Assembly: GCA_008632985.1 (NCBI GenBank)
Contig: QPGO01000388.1
Coordinates: 1 to 34,880 of the forward strand
Direction of reading: 5' to 3'
From: Psammoneis japonica
Lineage: Eukaryota
DNA length: 34,880 nucleotides
Position numbers and translations under genes: made by a program
Part shown: positions 12,575 to 24,479 of the stretch, piece by piece
Numbering within the stretch: position 1 is the stretch's first letter
Layout of the letters: every line of letters begins with the position of its first letter
Notes under the pieces: model-generated
Database searches by the model: none
What the model was told of the DNA's origin: nothing
The model's input: the letters and a program-made list of their open reading frames with translations, nothing else

Positions 12575-12935
12575 CTTCTCGGTCAGCGAGATATTCTCAG
12601 GCTTCAGATTGCAATTAACAATCGATCGCTAACGCAATTCCTGCACGCCGTCCATTGCTCGCACGAGCAGCGACCGAACCATTGTCAACGGTAACCCTCG
12701 GAACTGCTGCTGATTCAAAACCTCGTAATAATTCATCACCAACAATTAAAACACCAAGCAAAGGCGATTCTGATGCGTACTGTATGATTGCAGGTGCACC
12801 ATCTTGCGATCGTTTGCTTGAAAGTTAGTGGCCAAGCCATCCTCGTCTTTACTCAATACCCGAAAGACATCAATCTCCACAGCTGCTTGTTGTGCATAAG
12901 CTTGTCTATTCTTCACCACTTTCAGGGCCACACCT
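12575..12935 (-). pseudogene. YAK1: YAK1/DYRK/HIPK-family kinase fragment (subdomains II-VIb)
   Basis: VALKVVKNRQAYAQQAAVEIDVF...RLCLVF*LL..NYYEVLNQQQFRGLPL...IVNCNLKPENI; in-frame stops; catalytic HCD reads NCN. Confidence 0.8.
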
Positions 12936-13332
12936 TGAACAGATATTTAATCAAGGATAGGGAAAATAGGAAGTGTCGGAAGAACGAGCTCTTACACAAG
13001 ACATACATACATACCCTTCCAACACGTTCCGACGCGGTAAACAAATGGTTCCCCATTCCTTTTACAAGAGTATCTCTGTTTCTTCCACGCCCTTGAACAG
13101 ATATTTAAAGTAGGATAGGGAAAATAGGAAGTGTCGGAAGAACGAGCTCTTACACAAGACATACAATACATACCCTTCCAACACGTTCCGACCCGGTAAA
13201 CAAATGGTTCCCCATTCCTTTTACAAGAGTATCTCTGTTTCTTCCACGCCCTTGAACAGATATTTAAAGTAGGATAGGGAAAATAGGAAGTGTCGGAAGA
13301 ACGAGCTCTTACACAAGACATACAATACATAC
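12933..13332. repeat. About 2.5 near-identical tandem copies of a 158-159 bp unit (one exon plus one intron on the minus strand)
   Basis: Units start CCTTGAACAGATATTTAA at 12933, 13091, 13250. Confidence 0.95.
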
Positions 13333-13762
13333 ACAAAAAGTCTCAACATATACACACACCTTGAAAGAATCTGGGCATCCATTCGAGTATCTATCCCACC
13401 CATCATAGCTGGTACCACGAATGGCCACCATAGCATAGCAGAGATCGTCTTTGGGAAAGGTAATTATTAGTTTGTACATGACGGCCGATTCAGCTCCCAA
13501 CAAAACTTCATCACGAAACTCGTCCACTTCGACCACCTCGGGGTCATCTCCAAACCAAAAGAATTGAGGAAAAACTGCGTATTTCGGGATCGACTTAGGC
13601 AGGCGCACTCAAAAAGGCTTTTTCGGCAAGCACCCTTTCGGGACTCCGCTGCGTTTCCAATCCATTTCCCATCCGACACGTTGGGAGTAGGGCGGCCGAT
13701 TTGCTTGATTGTACACATACACACACTGAACCGGTGTTGATGAAGAGACGGACACTGTCTCT

Positions 13763-14170
13763 TTGCTTTCACTGGAACTCACTGCAATGAATGATCAAAA
13801 TGAGCTTCACTGTGTCAAGTTTATGAGTTTCTCGAGCTTTGTGGATGCTCTGATCTCTCCATCCCCTGCTCCTCCAACTGTGCTGTCAACGGAAGCATCG
13901 ACTAAAACATTAGCGCCGTCTCCTGCTGCCACTGGTACGATGCCCTCTTTGACGACACCAAGTCCATCACAAGGAGATCACTTGGACGCTTCTATGGGTG
14001 TCTCTCCAGCCCCTCCTCCAAATGTACTATCAATGAAAGCACTGGCTTTAGCACCAGCGCAGTCCCCTACGACTCCAACGGAAACTGCTACACTTGCTGG
14101 TACGATTATTACAATGCAATCAGTACACGCACACCCCATATTCATACGAAAGTCCATTCACAGTCGTTGA
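13763..14170 (+). CDS. Pro/Thr/Ser/Ala-rich mucin-like ORF, probably a fragment
   Basis: Two related segments SPSPAPPTVLSTEA and SPAPPPNVLSMKA; no clear gene structure. Confidence 0.3.
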   Translation: MLSLELTAMNDQNELHCVKFMSFSSFVDALISPSPAPPTVLSTEASTKTLAPSPAATGTMPSLTTPSPSQGDHLDASMGVSPAPPPNVLSMKALALAPAQSPTTPTETATLAGTIITMQSVHAHPIFIRKSIHSR

Positions 14171-15609
14171 TACTTGTCAAGAGGCAAAGCATCGAAGAAT
14201 GCCACGTGCAGCTTCAACGGAGAACATCCTTCTATACGTTCATAACACTTGACTTGGTCGGGACGTCCCAGCCATCCATAGCCATCCACACCTGCAAAAT
14301 ATGGTACAGACATTGTTCAAGGTCGATCAGAATGAAAAAGTACGACATGTTAGAAATGAGTTTGCTTTGTTTGCATTGTAAATGTTTTGGAGGACATTCG
14401 GCATTAAAAGACCGACCCCAGCACTAGTAAAAAAAACTTCCCTTGAATCATCAATCATCAACTCCTTCATACGTACGACAGCTTCGTCCCATTACCACAA
14501 GCAAGGTGATCAAGAAAACAACGACTCGAGCCATCTGTCCGAATTCCCTTTGTCATTGAGATAGCGGAGGGTCGTATGATGCCGAGTCCGTCTCGTAAAT
14601 CGATGAATTGCTGCTTGGATGATTTTCTTGCGTCACCGTTGTCCTCGTAAAGATGGTGCAAGCACATGTTCTAGAACCAAGCGAAGCTTCCACCACAACT
14701 GGCAGTTCCAACTTGATTTTAACAAAGTTGCTCTTCCTTTCTTGTCCTGTCTTCTGATCCAAGGTAGGCCTCCATGTTGGTTCGACCTTCAACTTTGCAT
14801 CGAGGATAGGCCGGACTACCACGTGCCTTCGCGAAGAGACCAAGAAGACGCTTCGTGCAACAAATCTCGCGTTGGAGGACAATGTCGACCGCCGCAAGCT
14901 TGTGCATATGCTTAAGCCAAAATAGACCGGTTAGAGAATCAGAGTGTAATGAGTGTCAGCATTGGGTTTCTTGCTGCCAGATAACAGCGGCAGAGTCTAA
15001 ATATCATCAATCTCTCATAACTCATCAATTGATTTCATGCGTTATCCGCCATCGCGATCGCGACGGCAGAGAACGAAACATACCGGTACACTCAGACACC
15101 TCCCGGCCGTCATCCTTTCATGTCCTTACCATGAATGATATCAACAGTAAAGCAATGTTAGGAATGTCTGACAATCTTCATATGGTAATATGACATTGCC
15201 TTTTAGGGAAAACTCACATTAAATAAATACGGTATTATTTATAATTTTTTCTGTCCTACGAGTCATGCAACACAATAGCCAATATTGCCCATAGTAGAAA
15301 TCGTCCTTTTATATTTGTTATGATGTAAAAGTCATACTGCATTATTATGGCATCAGCACAATATAAAAGTTTCTTTTATACAATGTCTAATACAAATCAA
15401 AATATCCTTGTTAACTGCTCTGTACTTTTTATTCGATAGTGTAAATGTAAGGAATGTCCGAATAAGTATTGTTCAAGACCCGCCACAAAATGGATGAGCT
15501 GAACAGCAAAGACTTCGGGTGGCACTGATCAGTAACCGCATCAAAAGTCTCACAATTTGAATCATCCATCAGTTGAGATCGAGCCGAGTTGTTCTTGTAA
15601 AGCTGAAAG

Positions 15610-17838
15610 ATGTTCGTTTTCAAAGGAGGTCTTCTTCTCTTGGCTCTTGCGTTATGCAAGGCAGCTGGTACGTCTTGATGTTTGTTTATTGTTGTCGTTT
15701 GTCGTCTCGTACCGTATTTAGATGCCAATAAATATGGATTAATGTACGGTCCACTTCTTCTCTCTGAAAATTCAGATATCTCGAAAGACACTGGTCTCAT
15801 TCATGATACCGAGGAGGAGGAGGAGGTAAGTTTCAGTAGAGATAGCATTGTTGATCATGCCGACTACGTTTCGCTCACTCACTTCGCCGAATCCGACATC
15901 CCGCCAATAAATACAGCTTGACCTCATCCCAGAAAGCACTAGCTTGATCGACAGGTTTCTCAGTGGTGTACGTAATTAAAAACGAGATTGCATTCGTTGT
16001 CTTGTGTACAGCAATCAAGAGCTTACGATGTTTCCATTTTCGACTTTCATTTTACAGTACACCGGTGCATGTTGCTTTGCCGACAACTGTCTGTCTCTCG
16101 ACCAGTACACGTGCGGAGGAAGAGGTGGAGTCTTTGGCGGTTTCGGTTCTAAGTGTAACAGGAAGACATGCCCGAATGCCTTTGGCGCTTGTTGCAAGGA
16201 TGGGTCGTGTAAAATCCGCAGCAAAAAAGGATGTGCCAAAAAGGGTGGTTCGTTTCAGGGCACCGGCACCGTCTGCCGCAATGCCTATTGCCCAGTCCAT
16301 ACGCCCGCTCCAACGCCTAAACCTTATCATCCGCCTAATCCTCGAGGTGGGTGCTGCTTTCCGTATCTCAAGGATTGCAAGAACATTAAAAAGAAGAACT
16401 GTGCCAGAAGGGGAGGACACTTCCTAGGTGAAAAGGTTTTCTGTGACAGGTACAACTGCCCGGATGCCTTTGGAGCTTGCTGTCTCCCAAATGGATACTG
16501 TGAAGTTCTTACGAAGAAAAGGTGTGAGAGGAAGTATGGCAAGTTCAAGGGACCGGGTATCGATTGCTCGCATGGCATTGTAAGTCAATACTCCCTGGTT
16601 CTCATTTTCAATATCATTGGATAGTGACATTCAATGTGATTTAACATCACTCTCTTTGCTATTGCTCTCTTCAAGTGTGGCCCTTCCCCCACCCCGTCAC
16701 CAACACCCAAGGTAGAAGATCCAAAGGGCGCGTGCTGCATCGACGGGCATTATTCCTGCCTACATTTAACGGCAAAAGAGTGTGCTCTTGCTTATGGTAA
16801 ATTCCAAGGTGAAGGTACCACTTGCTCGCATGGCATTGTAAGTCAAAACTCCCTGGTCCTCATTTTCAATCTCATTGGATAGTGACATTCAATGTGATTT
16901 AACATCTTTCTCTTTGCTATTGCTCTCTTCAAGTGTGGCTCTCCCCCCACCCCGTCACCAACACCTGCGGTAGAAGATCCAAAGGGCGCGTGCTGCATTG
17001 ATGGACATTATTCCTGTCTACATCTAACGGCAAAAGAGTGTGCTCTTGCTTATGGTAAATTCCAAGGTGAAGGTACCACTTGCGAGCATCCCGGTATTGT
17101 AAGTCAAAACTTCCTGGTCTCCCTGGTCCTCATTTTCAATCTCATTGGATAGTGGCATTCAATGTGATTTCACATCTTTCTCTTTGCTATTGCTCTCTTC
17201 AAGTGTGGCTCTCCCCCCACCCCGTCACCAACACCCAAGGTAGAAGATCCAAAGGGCGCATGCTGCATCGACGGGCGTTATTCCTGCCTACATTTGACGG
17301 CAAAAGAGTGTGCTCTTGCTTATGGTCAATTCCAAGGTAAAGGTACCACTTGCGAGCATCCCGGTATTTGCGAAAAGAAATCGGCCTGCTGCTTCCCTCA
17401 GGGTGTTTGCTTTGACGTGGAAGAAAATGTGTGTTATGGTATCAGTGGCAAATTTTTCAAGGGAACAAAGTGCAACGGCGTCAAGGACGCAAGGTGTTCT
17501 GTTACTCCACCTACTCCCGGTGCGTGCTGCAAGAAAGGAGGAGGAGGAGGAAGCCCACGAGCAGTAGCTCAAAGAGCAAGGGAAAAGGCAGTAGTGGCAG
17601 CACTGGTAGCAGTGGATGGGGTGGTAGCAGTGGCAGCAGCAGCAGCAGCAAGGGTAGCAGCAAGAGTAGCAGTGGCAGCAGCAGCGGTGGCAAGAGTTGT
17701 GAAATTGTCGACACCAAAGACGATTGCGACGGACACTTTTTGGGTCCTGGTACCACGTGTGATAAGTGCCCTTCTTCCCCTTCTCCTCCAAGCAGCAGCA
17801 GCTCAAGCAGCAAGAGTAAGGGCAAGCATAGAACGTAG
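15610..17838 (+). CDS. Secreted Cys-rich repeat protein (9 GACC repeats) with signal peptide, acidic propeptide ending at RFL, and Ser/Gly/Lys-rich tail; apparent frameshift at ~17550
   Basis: Exons 15610-15667, 15776-15825, 15917-15967, 16058-16579, 16676-16837, 16934-17098, 17204-17838; all introns GT..AG and phase-compatible; spliced N-terminus MFVFKGGLLLLALALCKAADISKDTGLIHDTEEEEELDLIPESTSLIDRFLSGYTGACC. Confidence 0.85.
16565..17368 (+). repeat. Triplicated intron+exon unit (~258-270 bp)
   Basis: Introns 16580-16675, 16838-16933, 17099-17203 are near-identical, each followed by CG.PTPSPTP.VEDPKGACCIDG.YSC. Confidence 0.95.
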
Positions 17839-18167
17839 CTTTCAGTGGCAGCTTATATTGAGTAGTTCGTTAGTGGTAAAGGAAAAGACCGGAGCGTCTG
17901 TTGACGAAATGGCAGACTTGTGGCAATGGTCCTTTTTTTTGTAATAATAGTTTCATACTTGTGTGCTTCCAAAAAATATATCAATCGACCTAGCAACAAT
18001 ACTCTCTAGAGCTCCCCGATCACTCGAACAAAATCCTACTACTCTTTGCAATTTGAAATTCCATAGGGTGACACTCCTTGCATGCTCGAAATGGGTGTCT
18101 TGATTCGAATGCTAGAGCGGGCATGGAAGTGAAACTACTTGGACAAACTCAAGTCGGACCGAGCCTG

Positions 18168-18370
18168 AAATTTTAAGTCACTCTTTATAGGATTGTCAAG
18201 CACCGAACACGCAAACTACTCACTAGAGACTACTCTCTATAGCTAGAGCGTCCACCATGATTCAGTACTCACCCTACCGTAATTTTAGTCGCTCTTTGAA
18301 TAGCATTGTCAGGCATAAACCATGCAAACTACTCACACTAGACTACTCTTTAGCTAGCGCGTCCACTATA
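18168..18370. repeat. Two diverged ~90-bp direct repeats (period ~112 bp) in the convergent intergenic region
   Basis: AATTTTA(A)GTC.CTCTTT...ATTGTCA.GCA...GCAAACTACTCAC..AGACTACTCT..TAGCTAG.GCGTCCAC.AT occurs twice; also present in copy 2. Confidence 0.8.
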
Positions 18371-18500
18371 ATAAAGAATAAAGCACTCTCTAAACCGTAG
18401 CGTCGTCTCACTGTCTCACCATTACTACGGTACTGACTACCACAACCACACATTCTACTACCACAACCACATCATCATCATCTCTCTCGCTCACACACTA

Positions 18501-19126
18501 TTATTTCTTCTTGGCACCACTCACGTTATGCATAAAGACAACTATATCACCCTCTTGCATAACATAGGTCTTTCCCTCTTGTCTGTATTTACCCGCTTCC
18601 TTGACTTTCGCCATGCTCGCTTGTCCACCATGCAATGCTTTAAAATCATCAAAATTGGCCACTTCGGCCTTGATGAAACCACGTTCAAAGTCGGAATGAA
18701 TGACACCGGCGGCTTGGGGTGCCAAGGTGCCTTGCATAATGGTCCAGGCCCGTACTTCCTTGGGTCCTGCCGTATAAAAGGATTGCAAACACAAGGCGGC
18801 ACGACCCGAACGGATAATGCGGGGCAAGACGGATTTGCACACAAATTGTGGACCCGTCAAACCCAATGCCTTGGCCTCGTCGGTGCATTGATTGAGATAG
18901 GCTTGTTGGAAATATAATAATGAGAATCGCAAGTGTTGTGTGAGATTATTACAGTGCAATGCAATGCAAAACACACTCATCTCATAATAACAATGCTATT
19001 TACCTTTCTGTGCCTCCTTGTCGTCTCCAATATCGGCCAATTCTTGTTCAAATTCACACGACATGGGTATGATTTGTCCACCACCGTGTTCATTCACCCA
19101 CTGTTGAATCTTGGGTAACCACTTGC
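18501..19126 (-). pseudogene. OLA1: 5'-truncated copy of OLA1/YchF
   Basis: Last exon 18501-18901, intron 18902-19003, partial exon 19004-19126; P-loop domain missing, replaced by foreign sequence from 19127. Confidence 0.92.
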
Positions 19127-19249
19127 GAACTTGGAGAAAAAAGTGACCATCGTGCACGCTGTCAATCAACGGGGGCAAAGTGCGTCTCTCGAGCAAATTG
19201 TGAGAGCAAGAGGGATTGGAGGATGAGGAGACTGAATGAGCAGTCTGGG

Positions 19250-19456
19250 TAGGGCTTTGGATATAGGGCCTAGCGGGGCGCGGGGGGGCCCCGCGATTTT
19301 CCTGTGATCGTGCCACGTAGACTCTACGTAGCACGCAGTATGTACACCCATGGCCCAAGCAGTACATTGTTCACGCGCAGTATCGCGTAGTGCGGGGCCC
19401 CGCCGCGGGGGTGCCGTCTTTTTTCCTAAAATCGCCCCGCTATATCCAAAGGCCTA
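19250..19456. mobile_element. 207-bp hAT-type MITE
   Basis: TIRs TAGGGCTTTGGATATAG / CTATATCCAAAGGCCTA (1 mismatch); perfect 8-bp TSD AGTCTGGG at 19242-19249 and 19457-19464; GC-rich subterminal motifs. Confidence 0.9.
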
Positions 19457-20769
19457 AGTCTGGGGGGCGTGAGATCGTCGAAGGCGGTCTGATCGCCAGT
19501 GCGTTTGGGGGGTTTTCCAGTGCAATTTGCACGCACAAGAAAACACACCTGCCATAGGATCTGTCAAGTTGCGCGCAGACTTTGGCGGCCACAGAAGGAG
19601 GAAAGGTGGTGCTGGGTGGGCGGGCACACGATTGATGGAAAAAGGTGATGGGATGATGTGGGCAAGGAGGGGGGCAGCAGAGCAAGGTGACAGGCTTGTT
19701 GCTGTGGTGTGACAAGTGTCGAGTGTTGGCACTCTGGCTGTCTGTTGACAAAATCAGAAAGAACAAGGGCCCAACAGGCAAGTGCCAGCTGCAGCGCCAT
19801 CGTGCCTCTCCTGGAGATCCAGGGCATTTGGCACAACCTGAGTTGTGGCACGCAGCTTGAAGTCAAGGGGGGGGGGGGGGGAAGAAAGCAGGTGGGGCAA
19901 GAAATGGCGCACTGGTGCACACAAAAGACACAGCAGCAAGGCACCTGCTGCAGCAAACACAGGTTTTGCTGTTGGAAAAGCAAAAGATTTGCATTCTTGG
20001 ACAGCTCCATGGTTGGCATGAACCGCAAGTTGCATGGAAGGAAGTTCAAGTGCCGCGCAAGTTGCACTTTGTCAAGAGGCAAAGTCAAGCCACAAAGACT
20101 CCTCTTGTGCTGAAAGCAATGTGAAATGAAAAGCAAAGAGGGGGGCCTCACTGGGGCGGAAGAAAAGTCCCGGCTCGGTTCACTCGCCGGGATGAGCTGG
20201 TTGTTTGTTTTGCGGTGGGCTCAATTTTGACATCAAAGCAGTTGAGAGCAAACTCCAGATGCAGCTTTGACGTGAAATGACCAGTTTCTCAAGGATTTTC
20301 CTTCACCCAGTTTGTGCTGTGGTGTGAGTGCTGTGTGGACAGCAGCTGCAGCTCGGGGGCCAGTGCCAGGCGGCAACCCAGATGCATCAGCTTGCTCTTT
20401 GAAAGAGCTGCAGTCACAACCCAACAAAGCCAGGTGGCAGTTGCCAGAAGCAGATCTCTTGCTTGAAGTGAAGCTGCTGCTGAGTTGTTTTTGCACATGA
20501 AGAAAAACAACAAGAAAGCTCATTTCCAGCTGTGCCAGCGGGGCTGCTGGGTTTGCAAGTGAGAGCAGGGGTCGTGCTGCAAGCTGGGGTGAGCAAAGTC
20601 ACTGGAGACAACTCAAACTGGGGTCATGTGCATGATCTTGAAAAAAGGGAACAGGAGCACTGGATCAAAAGAAGAGAAAAAAGCACTGCACAGGCAAGGG
20701 CACCCTGCCGAGGCAGCAAAAAGCACGCCAATTGGCTTTGCTCCCTAGATGCACCAGCTGCTCCCCTGC

Positions 20770-20905
20770 AAAAGAGTTTTGTTGTTGCTGTGTTTCTGTC
20801 TTGTGCTTGTTGTCAAAGTTTTGCATGCACTGGACAAGCTGATGATTTGAGCAAGGTGCTGAAGCAACACACAAACATCGAGTGTGTGCATGGAAGTGGG
20901 CCGCA
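20770..20905 (+). mobile_element. Possible degenerate GIY-YIG endonuclease fragment
   Basis: SFACTGQADDLSKVLKQH...GSG resembles YxGxTxDLxxRLxQH with Y>C. Confidence 0.35.
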
Positions 20906-23900
20906 TTTTGTGAAAGAGTTTCTGGCAATGCAGAGCAGCAGAGAACCTGCTGTGCAATTTAAAACCACACACAGATGAATCATGGTGAGGCACTGAAAAG
21001 CGTGACAGAGCAAACTGGTGAGGGAACAAACTGCAAAGCATGGTCATGGTGTGCAAGCACAAAACTCTTTTTCTGTGCTCTGCATTTTTGATGCACTGGC
21101 CAAAGGACTGCTCCAATCTTGACATCTCTCAGGCTTTGCTCCTGACAAAGTGATGAGGACTCCAATGTTTGTGCCATTGGCTGCGGGCATCCCATGGCCT
21201 GTCATTGTTTTGTCTTTCGTTGGTGCAAACACAGTGGCACAACAGATGCACAGGCAGATGGGTGTTGTGTCATTTTTGGGGGTTCAAGTGATTGTTCATT
21301 TGGGCTTGTGTGATGTTTTGTCAGCGGGCATTGCATTTGGGTGTTTTGGCCAATCAGAAAACTCTTCCTGAGATTTGCAACATTTTCGTCAAAGAAAAAG
21401 AACAAATGAAATGCTCTTTCTTTTGTCACAATGACAAGTTGCAATTGGCCATGTCGAAACAAAGGCAATTTGTTGATGTCACATGTGTGGTCACATGTTC
21501 ACTCTATTGCTGGGTCACAATCATCACAACACTGTCGTGTGGCCCTCCAAAAACACAATTGCAGCAGCGAACTTAGCGTCGCACAATCACACTTCTATGT
21601 TCACGAACAATTTTTAGAACTCCTCACATGCGCTCTCATCAAAGAATGCTCTTTCAGGCAGTGACGTCATTTGTGCTGATTTTTTTACAACTTCAATGCC
21701 TTCCATCTTGAAAACGAGTCAGAATCCCCCCACTTTTCTCATTTCCAAAACATCTCTTTCACTCAGCTGCACGACATGAGCAAATCATAAAAAAATCTGC
21801 AGAACCATTTTGGAGATGTTTCTGCTTTTGTGCAATCGTGTGGCATGTCACGAGCTCTTTTTCTGAATTTTGGTCTCAACTTCATGATCGGTGTTCCATG
21901 CGTGGCAATGCAGACAGAACCCTGAAACCATCATTTCCTCATCCACCTTCATGTGTTGCACTTGGTCCACAAAAGTCAGACCCATCCATCCGGTTTGAAA
22001 AATCACACTCCGTTTGCTCCTCCTTTTGCTGACCCAGGTCCCATTTTTTCAAAATTCTGAAAAAACAACTTAAACTTCAAGGCCCTGATTGGCACACAAT
22101 GCTTGGTTGATGTGCACCTGACTGCAAGACGCCTCTCCGGGTCCCTCTCCGTGAGGCAAAACACTTGGCCGGCTGGACCATGAGAGTGCAGCCAGTCCAT
22201 CCAGAGGTCCCAAATGCCCAATCGCACTGATTGACATGCTGCCCCAGTGCAAATTCTGTGCAACTTTCTTCGACAGTCTCACTTTCGAAGACGTCCCCCA
22301 AGTCACGGGAAATTTGCGGACATGAGCAGTCTCCTTCCACACAACTTGCACCAGCTTCCATGGATTCCTCTCTCAACTGACATTTGCAGTGACTGTTTCG
22401 CTCCAGCAATTTGAGTGTCTTTTGCGCTGGAAGCTGCTTTCTGCCCCCCAGCTCCATGATGCCACATGTAAAAATCAACCCCCCATTTTTGACCAAATGC
22501 CCACCTTGGTCGACTGACAGTGTGCAGATGCGAAGTTCAGCACTCTTTTGGGGGCCTGGAGTGGGGGTGGATGTCAGGGCCCAGTTGCTTGCCAATCACT
22601 GAATGTTGGCTCTCGCACTTGCCCGTGTGACAAAGGTGCTCCACGAAAAGTTAGTTCTGTTTTGAAATGCCAGATGCCATGAACAACACACGCCTGTCAC
22701 ATTCTTGCAAGACATCAGTTTAAAGAGCATGAGACTGACAATGCTCGCATCTTGTGCATTTTGTGGCTCTAGAGCGGGGGTCAAAGTCTGGCCAATTCTT
22801 CCAAAAATTCGAGTCGAGTGGTTCACACGGGATTCAAGACACGTGGCTCACTGCACAATTGAGCCTTTTTTCTCCTTTTTTCCGAGATTGGATGATGACA
22901 TCAACACAAGACCTGTTTCATGGCCACACTCCATTCTCCAATCCATGGCTGGCCTCGTGACAACTACATTTGACCTCTTTCATGCTCTGGACAGGCCAAG
23001 CAATCCACAAAAACTCAATGCAAGCAACACACTTCTGTTCTCACATTTGATGTTTGTGTCTTTGCGGTCAATCTAGAGCAGATGTGAGCCAGGGAGGAGC
23101 TCTGTTCACTGACATTTATCATCCTGTGGAGTGGCATCATCAGAACAATTTTGTCAACGTTGTTTGACTGCTTTTTTGTTGAACCGTGCGCCAGCATCAT
23201 TCTTCATTTTCGCCCCAATCCGCCCGACTCTCTCCTGTTCAAGAATGCTTGGCTGAATGCATTGCAGTTGCTTTGTTAAAGTCTTGCAAATGTTCGTCTG
23301 TTCAATGCCATTGATCAAATGGGATGGATGACATGACGACGACGTTGGATTCGTTCATGTGCTCATGCTGGGAAAGACAACAAGAATTGGCTGCGGTGGC
23401 AAGAAAGTTGAGTGAGACAACAAGTGGTGAGCCTTGGACACATTGGCAAAACAATTTTGATTTTAAATTTACTTGCCTTTTTACAAACTCGGACTTTAAC
23501 ACATCGGGTTCCAAAAATCTGGCAAATGGTGAGTTGATGCGTCGTCTGCATGCAACATGGCGTCACGACAAAGCAAAGCAGCATGTTTCAATGTTTCTCG
23601 CCAAAATGAACGTCTCCAAATGGAAAATTACAACCGTGTGTCAATGAGGGTCCAATGGAGCTTCTGTTGCAATGGTCCAAAAAACGACAAATGTTTAGAC
23701 ACCCCATCTGCCGCGTCAATGTCATCGTTGGCTCCGGCAAGTTTTTGACAATTTCTCCGTGTTGTCACCACGGGGATGGTCTGTGCACTCATCCGGAGCG
23801 CACCGGCCATGCCAGTTTGAAGTTGCTCAGAGCCTGGGTCTCACAGCTGCGTGAAGGGAACGGCAGCTCGAATGCACACTGGAAGCAACATGAATGCCAT

Positions 23901-24479
23901 GGATTCCTGCTGAAATGGAGAGTTTTTCATGGCCCCAATGGCAGCTTGAATGCATGTGCTGGAAGCCACGTGAATGTGCCACGGATTCCTGCTGAAACGG
24001 CTGGTGGCGGCACTGTTCCCAGTGGCATGTGAGCTCAGAAAGTGGCTCTTTTCTTTTCCCTCCAATCTCCGATGTCTTGCAAACAGCTTTGAAGCTCCTC
24101 TTGGCAGTGCTGTCCCACCATTTGCTTTCGGACGATGCTTGCTTTTGAATTGGTGCATTCCTTCCACAGCAAGCTGGCACCTTCGTTTCTTGCTAGATCG
24201 AAAGCAACGCAAGCCAATGTGCTTGGACTGCAGAAGACAGAGCCTGTTGGTTGTGTGGGGCACAGATTCCCAAAGTTGAGTTCCAACTGCTCCTCCTGAC
24301 CACCTCATTCATTCGTTGTTGTGTTCAGTTGTCCCGTTGAATTGAAAGCATCACAGAAGTCGAGTTTCCATCATTTGATGGGACGCAACTCCATTTCCAG
24401 CAGAAAGACAAGACAACAACATCGTTGTGCACACTGCACAAAGTGGCACAAAATCAAAAATGGAAGACGCTGAGCTTCC

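Larger units (their letters stand above)
17668..19126. repeat. Segmental direct duplication, copy 1
   Basis: Colinear with 29374-30897: 3' end of the Cys-rich gene, intergenic region, 3' part of OLA1. Confidence 0.95.

Noticed and set aside
12933..13332. 159-bp repeat as nucleosome-length satellite DNA
   Set aside because: Only ~2.5 copies, and the unit has exon/intron structure
18528..18917. ORFs antisense or out of frame to OLA1 and MTHFR (also 30292-30681, 32902-33468)
   Set aside because: Shadow frames of real coding sequence
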